Below are positions 54,703-64,000 of a stretch of DNA of 64,000 nucleotides, piece by piece; position 1 is the stretch's first letter; each line of letters opens with the position of its first letter. Location: positions 18,507 to 82,506 of the forward strand of contig CAYMDP010000004.1 in assembly GCA_964389375.1 (NCBI GenBank). The letters run 5' to 3'. Made by a program: the position numbers and the translations under genes. The notes under the pieces were generated by a model, which did not search any database, was not told where the DNA came from, and was given only the letters and a program-made list of their open reading frames with translations. The DNA comes from an uncultured Pseudobdellovibrionaceae bacterium. Lineage in GTDB: Bacteria; Bdellovibrionota; Bdellovibrionia; Bdellovibrionales; UBA1609.

Positions 54703-56541
54703 ATGTGTTGCATACTTAAGTCCGGGACTAAGGTCCTGCTTTTACTTACTCTTTGCTTCTCGGCTTATGGCCCACAAGCTCAAGAGCTTGAGTCTTTTCA
54801 GGTTCAAAGCGGAGATAGATTTGAGTTTGTAGAGGATGCTCTCGTTGGCGAAAGCAAAACTATCAATGAAGAAGCCGATTCGCAAAGGCCCAGCGAAGGA
54901 AAAAATCCATTTCTATGGCGGCCCAATGGCTCAAATCCAGGAATCCAAGAGCCCTTTTGTCAGATGGATCGCTTAAGCCACATTGTTCGCAGTACGGCCT
55001 CTGATCTAAATCAAGGCGTTAGAGATCTGCAAAGTTGGGCAGACCGTTGTGAGCCTCAGTTGGTCGATCCCAGAGCGCCGACCTGGACGGCATTGGTCAG
55101 ATCGATGATGCTGGATCATTCCTTTTCTGGTCATCCGGATATTCGCCCGATTCGTATTCATCTGTCTAGAGGTCGTGTGATCCGCGGGTATCTGGGTTTA
55201 AAAGCTGGAGATCGGCCAAGACCGCTGGTGATAGCTCGTTGCGGACTGTTTTGTGATGCCGACGACAGCGGAAGCACTCGAACCTTTATGATGAAATTAT
55301 TTGAAGAAAGCCCCTTTCATGTTTTAACTCTTTCCAATGTTTCAGGCTCGGACTTTATTAAAGACAACGAGGTTGTCGCTCTAGGGGGAGTCGAAGAGGG
55401 CCGCCAGTTTATTGAGATTGCTGATCTTGTGCGCGCGCCGGAGTCTCCATTTAATTTAAAAATTTCCAGCCTTCATATTATTGGTGTAAGCCTTGGTGGC
55501 CACGGAATTCTTTACGCAAGTTTGTTTGATAGCTTAAATCGGGATGGTTTAAAGCCTCAGGGAAGGTTTAGCAGTGCTCAAGCGATCTGTCCTGTGGTCC
55601 ATTTAGAAAACGCGATGAAGACCATCTATGCTCCGGGTTTGCTTGGGACCTTGATTAAAATCTTAAGTGTGTTTCAGATCCGAGAAGTGATTCGCTACAT
55701 TCCAATTTTAGGAGAGATTCTTGGCGTGGATCGAGATCTCAGTCGTGGAAGAATTCTTGAGGCCTTTTCTGTGACGGCTTTGGATTATTATAAAAAAATG
55801 ACTCAGGCCGAATCTTGGCCGCTTAAGCCCTTTGAAGGTATGAGAATTCAAAATTTAGATGAACTTTGGTCGATTCAAAATTTCGTAACTTGGGCGGGTC
55901 AAATCGAGGTTCCCACTCTTGTGATTCCCTCAAAAGATGATCATGTGGTAAAGTACCGATTGAATTCACAGCTTTTAGAAAATGAAATTACAGATTCTGG
56001 AAAGCTTAAAGTCGTCACTTTTGAAAATGGGGATCACTGCGCATTAAGTGCAACCGCCGGCTGGTCGACCGAGACACATATCTGGCGCGAATTTATTTTA
56101 GCTCACAGCCCAGAGTTCCCTCCGGCTCAGCATAAAAACCTTTACATTGCAGAGGATCTAAAGAACTTGAGTTGGCCTAGATCTTACAAAATGTTTCGCG
56201 GAAATATTCATGCGCAACAAAACTTTACTTTAAGTTCTGATGCAAAGACCTTGTACCTTCAGTTTAAGATCTTAGACACATGGAAGCAAACGGCTGAGGG
56301 CATTTACTGCGGACAAGAGCAGATTTGGCGGGTCCCCTCTGAAGAGTGTTACCGCTGGACTAAGCTTCCCATTCAGCTGGCTCGCTTAGGTTTTAATTTA
56401 GAGGACCATAACACTCTCGAGTCTCGCAATCGACTCGAGCGATACTTAAACACCAATCTTAAGGTGGTCGACGATCAGGGCCGGATGCTGAACGGTGGCC
56501 AGGCCTTCCCAAGCTATATTTTGTGGGATGAGTACCAGTAA
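54703..56541 (+). CDS. Exported alpha/beta hydrolase-fold protein
   Basis: The probable start is MCCILKSGTKVLLLLTLCFSAYG. Nucleophile elbow GVSLGG (GxSxG), then DDHVV and GDHCAL as candidate Asp and His. The N-terminal limit is uncertain (track start 54631). Confidence 0.6.
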   Translation: MCCILKSGTKVLLLLTLCFSAYGPQAQELESFQVQSGDRFEFVEDALVGESKTINEEADSQRPSEGKNPFLWRPNGSNPGIQEPFCQMDRLSHIVRSTASDLNQGVRDLQSWADRCEPQLVDPRAPTWTALVRSMMLDHSFSGHPDIRPIRIHLSRGRVIRGYLGLKAGDRPRPLVIARCGLFCDADDSGSTRTFMMKLFEESPFHVLTLSNVSGSDFIKDNEVVALGGVEEGRQFIEIADLVRAPESPFNLKISSLHIIGVSLGGHGILYASLFDSLNRDGLKPQGRFSSAQAICPVVHLENAMKTIYAPGLLGTLIKILSVFQIREVIRYIPILGEILGVDRDLSRGRILEAFSVTALDYYKKMTQAESWPLKPFEGMRIQNLDELWSIQNFVTWAGQIEVPTLVIPSKDDHVVKYRLNSQLLENEITDSGKLKVVTFENGDHCALSATAGWSTETHIWREFILAHSPEFPPAQHKNLYIAEDLKNLSWPRSYKMFRGNIHAQQNFTLSSDAKTLYLQFKILDTWKQTAEGIYCGQEQIWRVPSEECYRWTKLPIQLARLGFNLEDHNTLESRNRLERYLNTNLKVVDDQGRMLNGGQAFPSYILWDEYQ

Positions 56542-56636
56542 AAAATCTCGGGACTCGGCCTATTCAAATCCTTATCCCCAGTGTATAAACTGAATCTTGA
56601 ACAAGGTATTTATTCGGCGTGTGAGAGGAGTTTTAG

Positions 56637-57122
56637 ATGCCATCTTTTGATGTGGTTTCAGAAGTCGATCTTCAGGAAGTTGATAATGCTGTCAATCAGG
56701 CAAAAAAAGAAATTGGGGGACGTTATGATTTTCGAGGATCTAAAGCCCGAATCGATTGGGATAAGGTTGAGATTCAAGTTTTTGCAGAAGATGACTATAA
56801 ACTCGGCGCGATGAAAGAGATTTTGTTAAAAAAACTGCATCATCGAGGCATTGATATTAAGGCGATCAAGTTTGATGACCCAGAGCCTGTTGGCGGGATG
56901 CTGTTTAAGCAAAAAGTCAGTCTGGTTCAGGGAATTGACAAAGAAATGGGAAAGAAGATCAATCAAGATATAAAAGAGGCAAAGCTTAAGGTGCAAAGCC
57001 AAATTCAAGATGAAAAATTGCGGGTGACTTCAAAGAGTATCGACGAGCTTCAAAGCTGTATGGCTCTTTTGAAGAAGGGGGATTATAAAATCCCTTTACA
57101 GTTTACGAATCTGAGGGCCTAA
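56637..57122 (+). CDS. yajQ: YajQ family (UPF0234) nucleotide / c-di-GMP-binding protein
   Basis: MPSFDVVSEVDLQEVDNAVNQAKKEIGGRYDFRGS is the family-typical N-terminus. 161 aa. Confidence 0.9.
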   Translation: MPSFDVVSEVDLQEVDNAVNQAKKEIGGRYDFRGSKARIDWDKVEIQVFAEDDYKLGAMKEILLKKLHHRGIDIKAIKFDDPEPVGGMLFKQKVSLVQGIDKEMGKKINQDIKEAKLKVQSQIQDEKLRVTSKSIDELQSCMALLKKGDYKIPLQFTNLRA

Positions 57123-57166
57123 TTTAACAGACTGGTTCGAGGCAGATACGGGTCATTTATCCTCTC

Positions 57167-57607
57167 ATGAAGGAGAGCTCCTTGAGCATTAAGAATCTTG
57201 AAAAAAAAGCGGAAGATGCAAAAATCTCAGATTTGTCGGTTTTGGATTTTATGTCCAAACATGTGATTTCGCTTGTGGACGGGACAAAAATTTTTACCGC
57301 AATTCAAACACTTTCTACCCATCAAATTAGTGGTGCCCCTGTTGTCGACAGTCGGGGAAGACTTCTTGGAATTATATCTGAATACGATCTTCTTCTTCAG
57401 GCGGCCACTAAAGATCTATCCTCTGCCATGACATATAGCACGGAGGTCCTCACCTTAAGCGCTGAGGCCACCTTGAGAGAGGTCTTGGTGTTATTGTATA
57501 AAAATAAGTACCGAAGACTTCCAGTTGTCGATCAGAACAAAAAAGTCTTAGGTGTTGTTTCGCGGATCGATGTGCTGAATCGTTTGATCCAAAGGCCAAT
57601 TCGATAA
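57167..57607 (+). CDS. CBS-pair domain protein
   Basis: Two CBS repeats (HQISGAPVVDSRGRLLGIISEYDLL and YRRLPVVDQNKKVLGVVSRIDVL). Confidence 0.8.
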   Translation: MKESSLSIKNLEKKAEDAKISDLSVLDFMSKHVISLVDGTKIFTAIQTLSTHQISGAPVVDSRGRLLGIISEYDLLLQAATKDLSSAMTYSTEVLTLSAEATLREVLVLLYKNKYRRLPVVDQNKKVLGVVSRIDVLNRLIQRPIR

Positions 57608-57634
57608 AATTGATGGCCCATCAAAGGCGGGTCT

Positions 57635-58282
57635 TTAGCCCGTCAGGCCTGGAAGGGCCGCTTTAAGTCCGTCTAAAATAAACTGAATGGCCATCGCAGC
57701 AAGAATCAAACCCATCAGTCGTGAAAAGACGTTAATTCCAATCCGTCCAAGAAGCCGGGCAATGTAATCCGCCTGCCGCAGGATCAGATAGCTTGCGAGC
57801 ATAGTTAAAGCGATCGCTAGGACGATCATAAGATAGCCCAAAATATCTCCGGCTTTGTCGGATAAAATAAAAGTGGTCGCAATGGCTCCTGGTCCCGACA
57901 AAAGGGGAATCGCGAGCGGAAAGATTGCAATATCTTCTTTCTCAAAACCCTCTTGAGCTTCTTCAGCGGTGCTTTTAGATCGGGATTGTCGAGCGTGAAG
58001 CATATCGATAGCCACTAAAAAAAGTAAACACCCACCAGCAACCTTAAGGGCGGGGATTGTAAGGCCAAAGAATTTAAAAATAAAGGCTCCTGCTAAAAGG
58101 CAAGAGACTAAGACCCAAAAAGAAATCCAACAAGATCTCATGGCTGTGCGGACTTTTTTAGGGCGCTCATCCTGAGAGGTCATCGACAAAAATGGAGCAA
58201 GTGCCCCAAGGGGATTCACGATTGCAAAGATTGTCGAGAAAGAGACAAGAAAGAAAGAGTCCAAAAACATATTCAGGTTCAT
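57635..58282 (-). CDS. MarC family (UPF0056) integral membrane protein
   Basis: 215-aa polytopic protein. FAIVNPLGALAPFLSMT and LKVAGGCLLFLVAIDML match MarC family blocks. Confidence 0.8.
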   Translation of the reverse strand: MNLNMFLDSFFLVSFSTIFAIVNPLGALAPFLSMTSQDERPKKVRTAMRSCWISFWVLVSCLLAGAFIFKFFGLTIPALKVAGGCLLFLVAIDMLHARQSRSKSTAEEAQEGFEKEDIAIFPLAIPLLSGPGAIATTFILSDKAGDILGYLMIVLAIALTMLASYLILRQADYIARLLGRIGINVFSRLMGLILAAMAIQFILDGLKAALPGLTG

Positions 58283-58483
58283 ATGAGCTTCTCATTAGAT
58301 AAAAATTCAGTCTGACAATAGCGGATCTAGGGATAAGGGGTAGATATTTTTTTGTTAAGATAGGGTTCAATTGAAGTCAGAGAAAAGCTGAGTCATCCTC
58401 GCGGGGCGGCGAGCACAGATTTTTTAATGGGCAATTAAGGGATTTTACCCTAAGGTCGAAACTTATTTTTGAGGAGATTGTTT

Positions 58484-58981
58484 ATGAGCAAAGGTGAAGA
58501 GATCCAAGAAGGCAAAGTCGTTACGATGAGCTACCTTTTGACGAATCCAGAGGGCGAAGAACTAGATCGCGCAGATGTCTCGGATCCTTTTAGCTACCTT
58601 CACGGAGTTGGACAGATTGTGCCGGGTCTCGAAAAAGCCCTCATCGGTATGAAGGCCGGTGATAAAAAGAAGGTCGTCGTCACTCCGGATGAAGCTTATG
58701 GGCAAATGGTTGAGGATTTGATTATGACTGTTAGTCGAAGTCAGTTTCCAGAGGGTGTTGATCTTCAGCCCGGAATGGAGTTTGCGGCAGATGTGGGCGA
58801 TGGCAACCGAGTGCCCTTCGTCATCACGGATGTTGAGGGTGATCAGATTGAACTCGACGGAAATCATCCTTTGGCTGGCCTGACTCTGCATTTTAACGTG
58901 GAAATTCATGAAGTTAGGGAAGCAAGCGCCGAAGAAAAAGAGCACGGTCATGCCCATGGCCCCGGCGGACATGCACACTAA
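58484..58981 (+). CDS. slyD: SlyD-like FKBP-type peptidyl-prolyl isomerase with His-rich tail
   Basis: ATG at 58484 after GAGGAG. VTMSYLLTNPEGEELD, HGVGQIVPGLEKAL and NHPLAGLTLHFNVEI are present. The C-terminus is HGHAHGPGGHAH. Confidence 0.85.
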   Translation: MSKGEEIQEGKVVTMSYLLTNPEGEELDRADVSDPFSYLHGVGQIVPGLEKALIGMKAGDKKKVVVTPDEAYGQMVEDLIMTVSRSQFPEGVDLQPGMEFAADVGDGNRVPFVITDVEGDQIELDGNHPLAGLTLHFNVEIHEVREASAEEKEHGHAHGPGGHAH

Positions 58982-59074
58982 ATTCTAAAAAAGTTGAAAA
59001 AGTCCTTGAAGAACTAAACGCTACGCGTTAGAAGCGGAGCGTCGCTATCTGTAGATTCTTTAGGGAGAAACTCA

Positions 59075-59611
59075 ATGCAAAACATTTCTCGAATTTTAAT
59101 TCTTGTCCTTTTCAGCCTTATTTTTGCTGCATGTGGGGACCGAAATTCTTCAAACTCTTCAAGCTACGATCCTTACGGGCGCTCTTATGCGGATGCGGGT
59201 CACGGACTTAGTCCGTATGTCGTGGTGCGAGTCGGTGCAAACGGACAAGTCTATTATGTGTCCGCAAATCAGTCTCAGTTTCATAACCAACAGTTAAACC
59301 TGCAGCATCACTACCAATGGCAAAACGTCTCTCATAGCCAGATTGTTCAGCAAAGTATTCCATACGGCCTAAACCAATCTATGTATTTTGCTTATAGACC
59401 AGGGAGCAACTACCGTCGCTATCATGGAACCGCGAATTACTATTTCCCGAACAATTATTCAAACTGGGCAAGCTATTATTACGCACCGGTGTATTATCAC
59501 AATCAGCAATCCCAAAGTTCTTGGGCTTACGGCTACTACTTTTACCAACCTTATTCGACTTGGGTTTCTGCGGGATTCACTTACTACGCTTACCAAGCTT
59601 GGTGGTTCTAG
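59075..59611 (+). CDS. Lipoprotein with Tyr/Gln/Asn-rich low-complexity C-terminal region
   Basis: RBS AGGGAG. Lipobox IFAAC. The C-terminal 100 aa are dominated by Y, Q, N, S and W, ending AYQAWWF. Confidence 0.65.
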   Translation: MQNISRILILVLFSLIFAACGDRNSSNSSSYDPYGRSYADAGHGLSPYVVVRVGANGQVYYVSANQSQFHNQQLNLQHHYQWQNVSHSQIVQQSIPYGLNQSMYFAYRPGSNYRRYHGTANYYFPNNYSNWASYYYAPVYYHNQQSQSSWAYGYYFYQPYSTWVSAGFTYYAYQAWWF

Positions 59612-59663
59612 TTTATTAAGCATTATCGCTGCCTCGCCTGAGGCAGTGTGATGAGGATAGGCC

Positions 59664-60152
59664 CTAGGCTTTTCGCACCTTCGACCATTCTTTGATCTGC
59701 CAGCGGGTTTGGACTCGTGCAACCAACTCTTGATCCTTGTTTTTTATCAAGGTTTCCATCTCAATCCAGGCTTCTCCATCCTTAAACTCGGGCCAAACTT
59801 TTGGAGCCTGTGAGTAAGAGGTGAGTTCTCCGCGACCTTGTTTTTCGTATGTGACGTTAAGTGCAGAAATAATGAAGCGGTAGCGGTCGATCGGATAATT
59901 TTTTGCAATTAATAACCCCGAAGGGTATTCGCCTAAAAGAGCGAGGGCGCAGGCGTGGGCTCCGCCGACATGATTTTTTCTACGACGTTTGTCCTTTGAT
60001 CTAACGACGACGTCACAATTTGTGAGGCTCTCAATGCGAAAGCCTAGGTTTCGATTAAAGGGGATTGTCCACTCTAAGGCCTCATCCAAAACTTTATTTT
60101 GAAGATTTTTTGAGGGGATTTTTTCGATCCATTCAAAGATGTTAAACTTCAT
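59664..60152 (-). CDS. Hotdog-fold protein, DUF4442/YiiD_C-like (PaaI-type thioesterase-like)
   Basis: IPFNRNLGFRIESL and HVGGAHACALALLGEYPSG resemble DUF4442 blocks. The start is ATG at 60152 or 60164. It overlaps the upstream gene end. Confidence 0.55.
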   Translation of the reverse strand: MKFNIFEWIEKIPSKNLQNKVLDEALEWTIPFNRNLGFRIESLTNCDVVVRSKDKRRRKNHVGGAHACALALLGEYPSGLLIAKNYPIDRYRFIISALNVTYEKQGRGELTSYSQAPKVWPEFKDGEAWIEMETLIKNKDQELVARVQTRWQIKEWSKVRKA

Positions 60153-61170
60153 GTTTGACCCCATTTTTAAGTTTGTTTACGACGGATTGATACTCGGTAA
60201 AAAAATCGACCAGGATTTGCTCGCAACTTTTAATGTCGTCGATAAGCCCCACGGACTGACCCGCGCTCCAGACGGTTTTCCAGCTCGGAGTCAGGGCGGC
60301 TTTTTCTAAAGATTTCATCCCGGTCCAATGGATCAAGGGGACGACCCATTTTTTAGAGAGTTTGTTGCCTTTAAGAAACTTCATCGCAAATGAAAGCTCG
60401 GTTCCCGTTTTTTTGATGTAGTCGGTATTGATCACAGAGGCCGGAGTACCAGAAATTTTTGTAGTCATCACAATATCTTCAGCACTTGAATCCACTACGG
60501 CTTGTTTGTAGGCCGGATCAATTGAAGCTTCTTTGCAGGCAATAAATCGAGTGCCAACACTGACTCCTGAGGCCCCAAGTGCCAGGGCCGCTGCGAGAGT
60601 TTCACCATTCGCAATACCACCGGCAGCGATCACGGGGATTTTTAGATTGTTTTTAAGCCAAGGGATTAACACAAAGGGCGTGATGGGTCCGGCATGTCCG
60701 CCAGCCCCAGAGGCCACGGCGATGACACCATCGGCTCCTAAGTCTTGAACTTTTTTGGCGTGCTCAAGATTTGTGACGTCGCAGATCACTTTTGCTCCAT
60801 TTTTGTGAGCCTCTTCAATCACTTTTTTGGGACTTCCAAGTGAGGTGATGAAAAGCTCGACCCCATGATCAAGTGCAATTCTTAAGTCTTCATTTTGGCG
60901 TGTATTGCTTTTATTAACGATGATGTTCACACCGATGGGACGGGAGGTTTGAGCCTTCATTTCTTTTAAGGCCTGAGCGTAGTTTTGGATTGGGCGGTAG
61001 TTTAGGGCAGGAAAGCTTCCAAGCCCCCCAGCATTAGAGACCTCACTGACCATCTCGACATTTGAGACTAAAAACATCGGGGCCCCGATGATCGGAAGCT
61101 GAATATTCATCATGCGGGTGAAGTCGGTTTCGATTTTAGCGGAACTTAGGATCTGTTTGTTTTGATTCAT
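60142..61170 (-). CDS. Nitronate monooxygenase / FabK-like FMN oxidoreductase (NMO family)
   Basis: IIGAPMFLVSN, AVASGAGGHAGP and VIAAGGIANG are typical NMO (2-nitropropane dioxygenase-like) blocks. 342 aa. Confidence 0.8.
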   Translation of the reverse strand: MNQNKQILSSAKIETDFTRMMNIQLPIIGAPMFLVSNVEMVSEVSNAGGLGSFPALNYRPIQNYAQALKEMKAQTSRPIGVNIIVNKSNTRQNEDLRIALDHGVELFITSLGSPKKVIEEAHKNGAKVICDVTNLEHAKKVQDLGADGVIAVASGAGGHAGPITPFVLIPWLKNNLKIPVIAAGGIANGETLAAALALGASGVSVGTRFIACKEASIDPAYKQAVVDSSAEDIVMTTKISGTPASVINTDYIKKTGTELSFAMKFLKGNKLSKKWVVPLIHWTGMKSLEKAALTPSWKTVWSAGQSVGLIDDIKSCEQILVDFFTEYQSVVNKLKNGVKHEV

Positions 61171-61452
61171 AAACCTTTATATCAAGTCTTAGTCTTGGGC
61201 GCATCTGCAAATTCGCTCGGTCCGCGAATAGGTCTGTCTCATTTTGAGACAAGTCGATGCTTCACAGTTTTGATAGAGCCAGGGAAATCTGTCGCCGTTT
61301 TGCTATTTTTCAGAGGATAGATTTTTAGGCCACCTCTTTTCGAAGTGGTGGGGAGAATTTAAACATTTTTAGCAAAAGTCTCAATTTGGCGCTTCAATTC
61401 CGTACCTAGACTACCGAAAGGTCTAGTGTCTGGAATCTTTTTTGGGGGACGT

Positions 61453-62022
61453 ATGATCATGAGGTTTCTGAAACAAGTTTTCTTCTCTCTTTCTTTAGTT
61501 GGTATAATTGGTTCTTATTCGGCTTTTAATTTTTCTGATTCTCAGAACGAAGTTTTCGCGGATCTAAAAAATTCATTCACTCAAAAGAATATTCAACAGG
61601 ATCTTCAACTTCAGCCGCAGGAGACCGCACAGAAAAAAGCATTTCATGTTGAAGGCGCATTAGATCAAGGGGTATCCGAGACTCCTCCCCCAGAGGCCTT
61701 CCGCTATGTGCGAATCAACGGAAGATACTTTCGTCAAACTCACAACCATATTTACAATGTGGGAGGCGAGCGCATTTATTTTCGCGATGACACCCACTTT
61801 TATGATCAAGATGGAAAGCGCCACCAAGTCGCAAAAAAACAGCATATTGAAGATGGTCAGTTGAGAGTGGTGAAGCCGACAGCGCTTGGCCAAGTCTACG
61901 GACAAAGAGATGCGAAGATTGGTTATTCTCCGTCAAGTGTTAAAGACATGATGCAAGGACTTAAAGAAGCTCAAGAAAACATGAAAGAGCGAGCCAAGGC
62001 TTTGAACGAGCTCGCTAAATAA
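61453..62022 (+). CDS. Exported hypothetical protein
   Basis: ATG at 61453 after GGGGGA. The N-terminus is signal-like (MIMRFLKQVFFSLSLVGIIGSYSA). No family recognised. Confidence 0.5.
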   Translation: MIMRFLKQVFFSLSLVGIIGSYSAFNFSDSQNEVFADLKNSFTQKNIQQDLQLQPQETAQKKAFHVEGALDQGVSETPPPEAFRYVRINGRYFRQTHNHIYNVGGERIYFRDDTHFYDQDGKRHQVAKKQHIEDGQLRVVKPTALGQVYGQRDAKIGYSPSSVKDMMQGLKEAQENMKERAKALNELAK

Positions 62023-62043
62023 CTCGAAATATTCTCAATAAAT

Positions 62044-62784
62044 CTATTGGATCGTTTTGGGTGATTTCTTTGACGACAACTTCTGAAATTCATCTTCCAT
62101 AAAGTAAGAAGCATTTGCGCCTCGAGCTCGAATTTTTGAAATGACTCGAAGAGCTTCCTTATGCTTTTTGCTTTCCAGAAGAAGTTGGATGTAGCTGTGG
62201 GCAGCTTCAAAATTGTCGGTCTGGGAATTTAAGAAATGAGAATAGTATCGAGCAGCAGCAGCATTTTGCCCAAGTTGGTGAAGTGTTCGAGCGAAATAGT
62301 AGCTGCTTTCTATTTCAAGACCACCCTTTTTAAAGTATTCGGCGAAGGACTTTGCGGCCTCTGGATATTTTTTTTGTAGAAACTGAATTTTTCCAAGCTC
62401 AGCATGGGCTTCAACCTGATGTGGGTTTATGCGAAGCTGCTCAAGGTAAAGATCTTCTACACAATCTGGCTTTTGACGAAGTTCACAAATTTTTGCGTAG
62501 GCTTTGATATCTTCTTGAGTGGCTTTTTTAAGGATATATTTGACCTGATAGGGGATCACCTTCAGTGAGTAACTATCCCAGGTCACTAAATGAAAAAAGC
62601 TTGCCACGACAAAAATTCCTACGAAAACGAGGGACCGCGCCGAGGAGGATTCGGTGGCTTCTTGAGCAATCAAATTACTTGCTCCAGAGACCCAGGCGCA
62701 GGTTTGACAAACGATGACCGGGGCTTGAAGCCGTTCTGCTTTGATTTTGTCTTTACATCTCGGGCAGATATGGACCACTTTCAT
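62044..62784 (-). CDS. Membrane-anchored TPR-repeat protein with N-terminal zinc ribbon
   Basis: CPRC...CQTC, then one TM segment (LVFVGIFVVASFFHLV), then TPR-like repeats (AHAELGKIQFLQKKYPEAAKSFAEY...). Confidence 0.65.
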   Translation of the reverse strand: MKVVHICPRCKDKIKAERLQAPVIVCQTCAWVSGASNLIAQEATESSSARSLVFVGIFVVASFFHLVTWDSYSLKVIPYQVKYILKKATQEDIKAYAKICELRQKPDCVEDLYLEQLRINPHQVEAHAELGKIQFLQKKYPEAAKSFAEYFKKGGLEIESSYYFARTLHQLGQNAAAARYYSHFLNSQTDNFEAAHSYIQLLLESKKHKEALRVISKIRARGANASYFMEDEFQKLSSKKSPKTIQ

Positions 62785-63064
62785 CGAAGGACCTCCGTCT
62801 ATCTAATTAGCAAGCCCTGTTCCAGCCTAGACTGGCTAGTTTTGGGCCTACACCAAAGTCTTCGGTTTTTAGCGACCAAAATGTGACAAATTTTGCGAAA
62901 GTTAGACATTTTTTGGGTTCCAAATTGGCGCCTTTGACCCTGCAAAGAAGTAAGGATTAGGGCCAGGCCTTGAATCTATTTCAAAGCCTGACCAAGGACT
63001 AGGCTTATTCTCGACTTAAGGCTTTTAGGCAGGGTCCGAAATGGGACCTTGGTGTTTATACATT

Positions 63065-63088
63065 CGTAAATATTTTCCAATATTTACG
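63065..63088. promoter_or_regulatory. Perfect 10-4-10 palindrome upstream of the last gene
   Basis: CGTAAATATT-TTCC-AATATTTACG, about 105 nt upstream of the ATG at 63192. Confidence 0.35.
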
Positions 63089-63191
63089 GCTATTTTTGAG
63101 GTACTTGATTATTTCAATGGAGTTGGCATCGAGGCATGAGGCTTGCATAGCATCCCCTGAAGGAATCATTCATAAAAGAGAGGTATTTTAC

Positions 63192-64000
63192 ATGAAATCT
63201 TTAATCGTCGGTTTAACAACCAGTCTTCTAGTTGTCGGATCAGTTGCTTCTGCCCAGCGTGCTGGTGTTGCCACGACTGCTCGTCCTGGAGCTGCCGTTG
63301 TTAACTTAAAACCCTTCGGAACAGCCACAACAGGCGTGACCGGAAATGCTAAAACTTTTCAACTAGAGGCCGCTGTTTCTAAAGCAGCTGCAAATTCTGG
63401 AGTTCGAGTTGCCGGTGCGGTGGCTGCGTCTTTGACTTCTGCTGAAGCCATTCACGGTTCTGTTGTGACTGTTGCTTTAAAGCAGATTCAAAATAACTTA
63501 AAATCAAACTACCCCAACATTGCGGATGCAGAAACAAAGCGTTTAAAGGCTGAACTTGATCGCCAGCTGGTTGTTGGAATCGCTGCTTTAGACGGAGTTC
63601 CTAAGGCGGATGCTTCAGTAAAGTGTGATACATCTTGTGTAGTTCAGTTCGGTAAAGCGACTGACAAAAATGTTCGCGCATTAGATAGCTACTTCAGCCA
63701 AACTTCTTCTACGTCTCAGTTGTCTTTGACAGCTCAGCAGAAAGTGGATTTGATGAATTCACTGGTTGCCTTCATGACTGGTGAAGTCTTGAAGATGACT
63801 GATAAAGACTCTATTGCGAACGCTCTTCAGATTGCAAAAGACTTTGCTTCTGAAGCGACTCGATCAAATTCACGTGCGGATGCTTGGTCGATTGCTTTAA
63901 GAAAGCATGTTGAGCGAATGGACGCTAAAAACGGAAACGCAGATCGTTCAACTCAGGCTGAAAGAACTGCAGCTCTTGCAGGTCGTTTGACGACAGAGTG
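63192..64000 (+). CDS. Exported hypothetical protein, C-terminus cut by window edge
   Basis: Not in the ORF track because it has no stop. The ATG at 63192 follows AAAGAGAGG. MKSLIVGLTTSLLVVGSVASA is a signal peptide. My translation is open through 64000. Confidence 0.7.
   Translation, partial: MKSLIVGLTTSLLVVGSVASAQRAGVATTARPGAAVVNLKPFGTATTGVTGNAKTFQLEAAVSKAAANSGVRVAGAVAASLTSAEAIHGSVVTVALKQIQNNLKSNYPNIADAETKRLKAELDRQLVVGIAALDGVPKADASVKCDTSCVVQFGKATDKNVRALDSYFSQTSSTSQLSLTAQQKVDLMNSLVAFMTGEVLKMTDKDSIANALQIAKDFASEATRSNSRADAWSIALRKHVERMDAKNGNADRSTQAERTAALAGRLTTE

Noticed and set aside
58562-58978. A 138-aa minus-strand ORF lies opposite the slyD-like gene.
   Set aside because: The plus-strand frame has unmistakable FKBP/SlyD blocks and a strong RBS. 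The antisense ORF is an artefact.
1-64000. I searched for CRISPR arrays, IS elements/transposases, integrases, reverse transcriptases (retron/DGR), rRNA and prophage genes.
   Set aside because: I saw no regularly spaced short direct repeats. No ORF has DDE, tyrosine/serine recombinase or RT motifs, and there is no rRNA-like sequence. A by-eye scan cannot exclude small or degenerate elements.

Overview
This is a densely coding bacterial chromosome segment from a diderm organism, judged by the OmpA-type, beta-barrel and lipoprotein genes. I call about 67 CDS, 1 tRNA (tRNA-Asp GTC) and 1 nonsense-interrupted gene. I found no rRNA, CRISPR array, transposase, integrase or reverse transcriptase. 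The many exported hydrolases and lipoproteins, and the recurring F-Q-N-C lipobox, suggest a Bdellovibrio-like lineage. That is only an impression and needs a database search.

Confidently recognised housekeeping genes are orn, greB, ppa, pstSCAB, yajQ, a DEAD-box helicase, a slyD-like PPIase, a plsC-like acyltransferase, a CPA2 antiporter and a CtaA/COX15-like protein.

Regions worth a second look:
1. 41236-50041 is a six-gene operon of exported proteins, divergent from pstSCAB. It holds an FG-GAP propeller lipoprotein, a LamG plus CxxCH protein, a small lipoprotein, a Tat-signal DUF1501-like protein and two CxxCH lipoproteins with PSCyt-like signatures. A Pho-box-like 7-4-7 direct repeat lies in the shared intergenic region, and an orphan CtaA-like gene overlaps the operon's 3' end. 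This is my best candidate for an undescribed envelope system.
2. 4159-10943 is a tightly coupled seven-gene operon resembling the upper 2-aminophenol (Amn-type) meta-cleavage pathway. It carries two unusual additions, an LLM oxidoreductase and an Asparaginase_II-family protein with altered metal-site residues, and no lower-pathway genes are present.
3. 18898-19075 is a 25-bp long-range inverted repeat. Its single mismatch becomes a G-U pair only on the transcribed strand.
4. 27.1-35.0 kb is a variable-looking region next to tRNA-Asp. It contains an RHH-Doc toxin-antitoxin pair, a wHTH plus minimal-nucleotidyltransferase pair, duplicated ~80-bp upstream elements and a nonsense-interrupted gene.

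All family assignments come from motifs read by eye and recalled family signatures. No searches were run.
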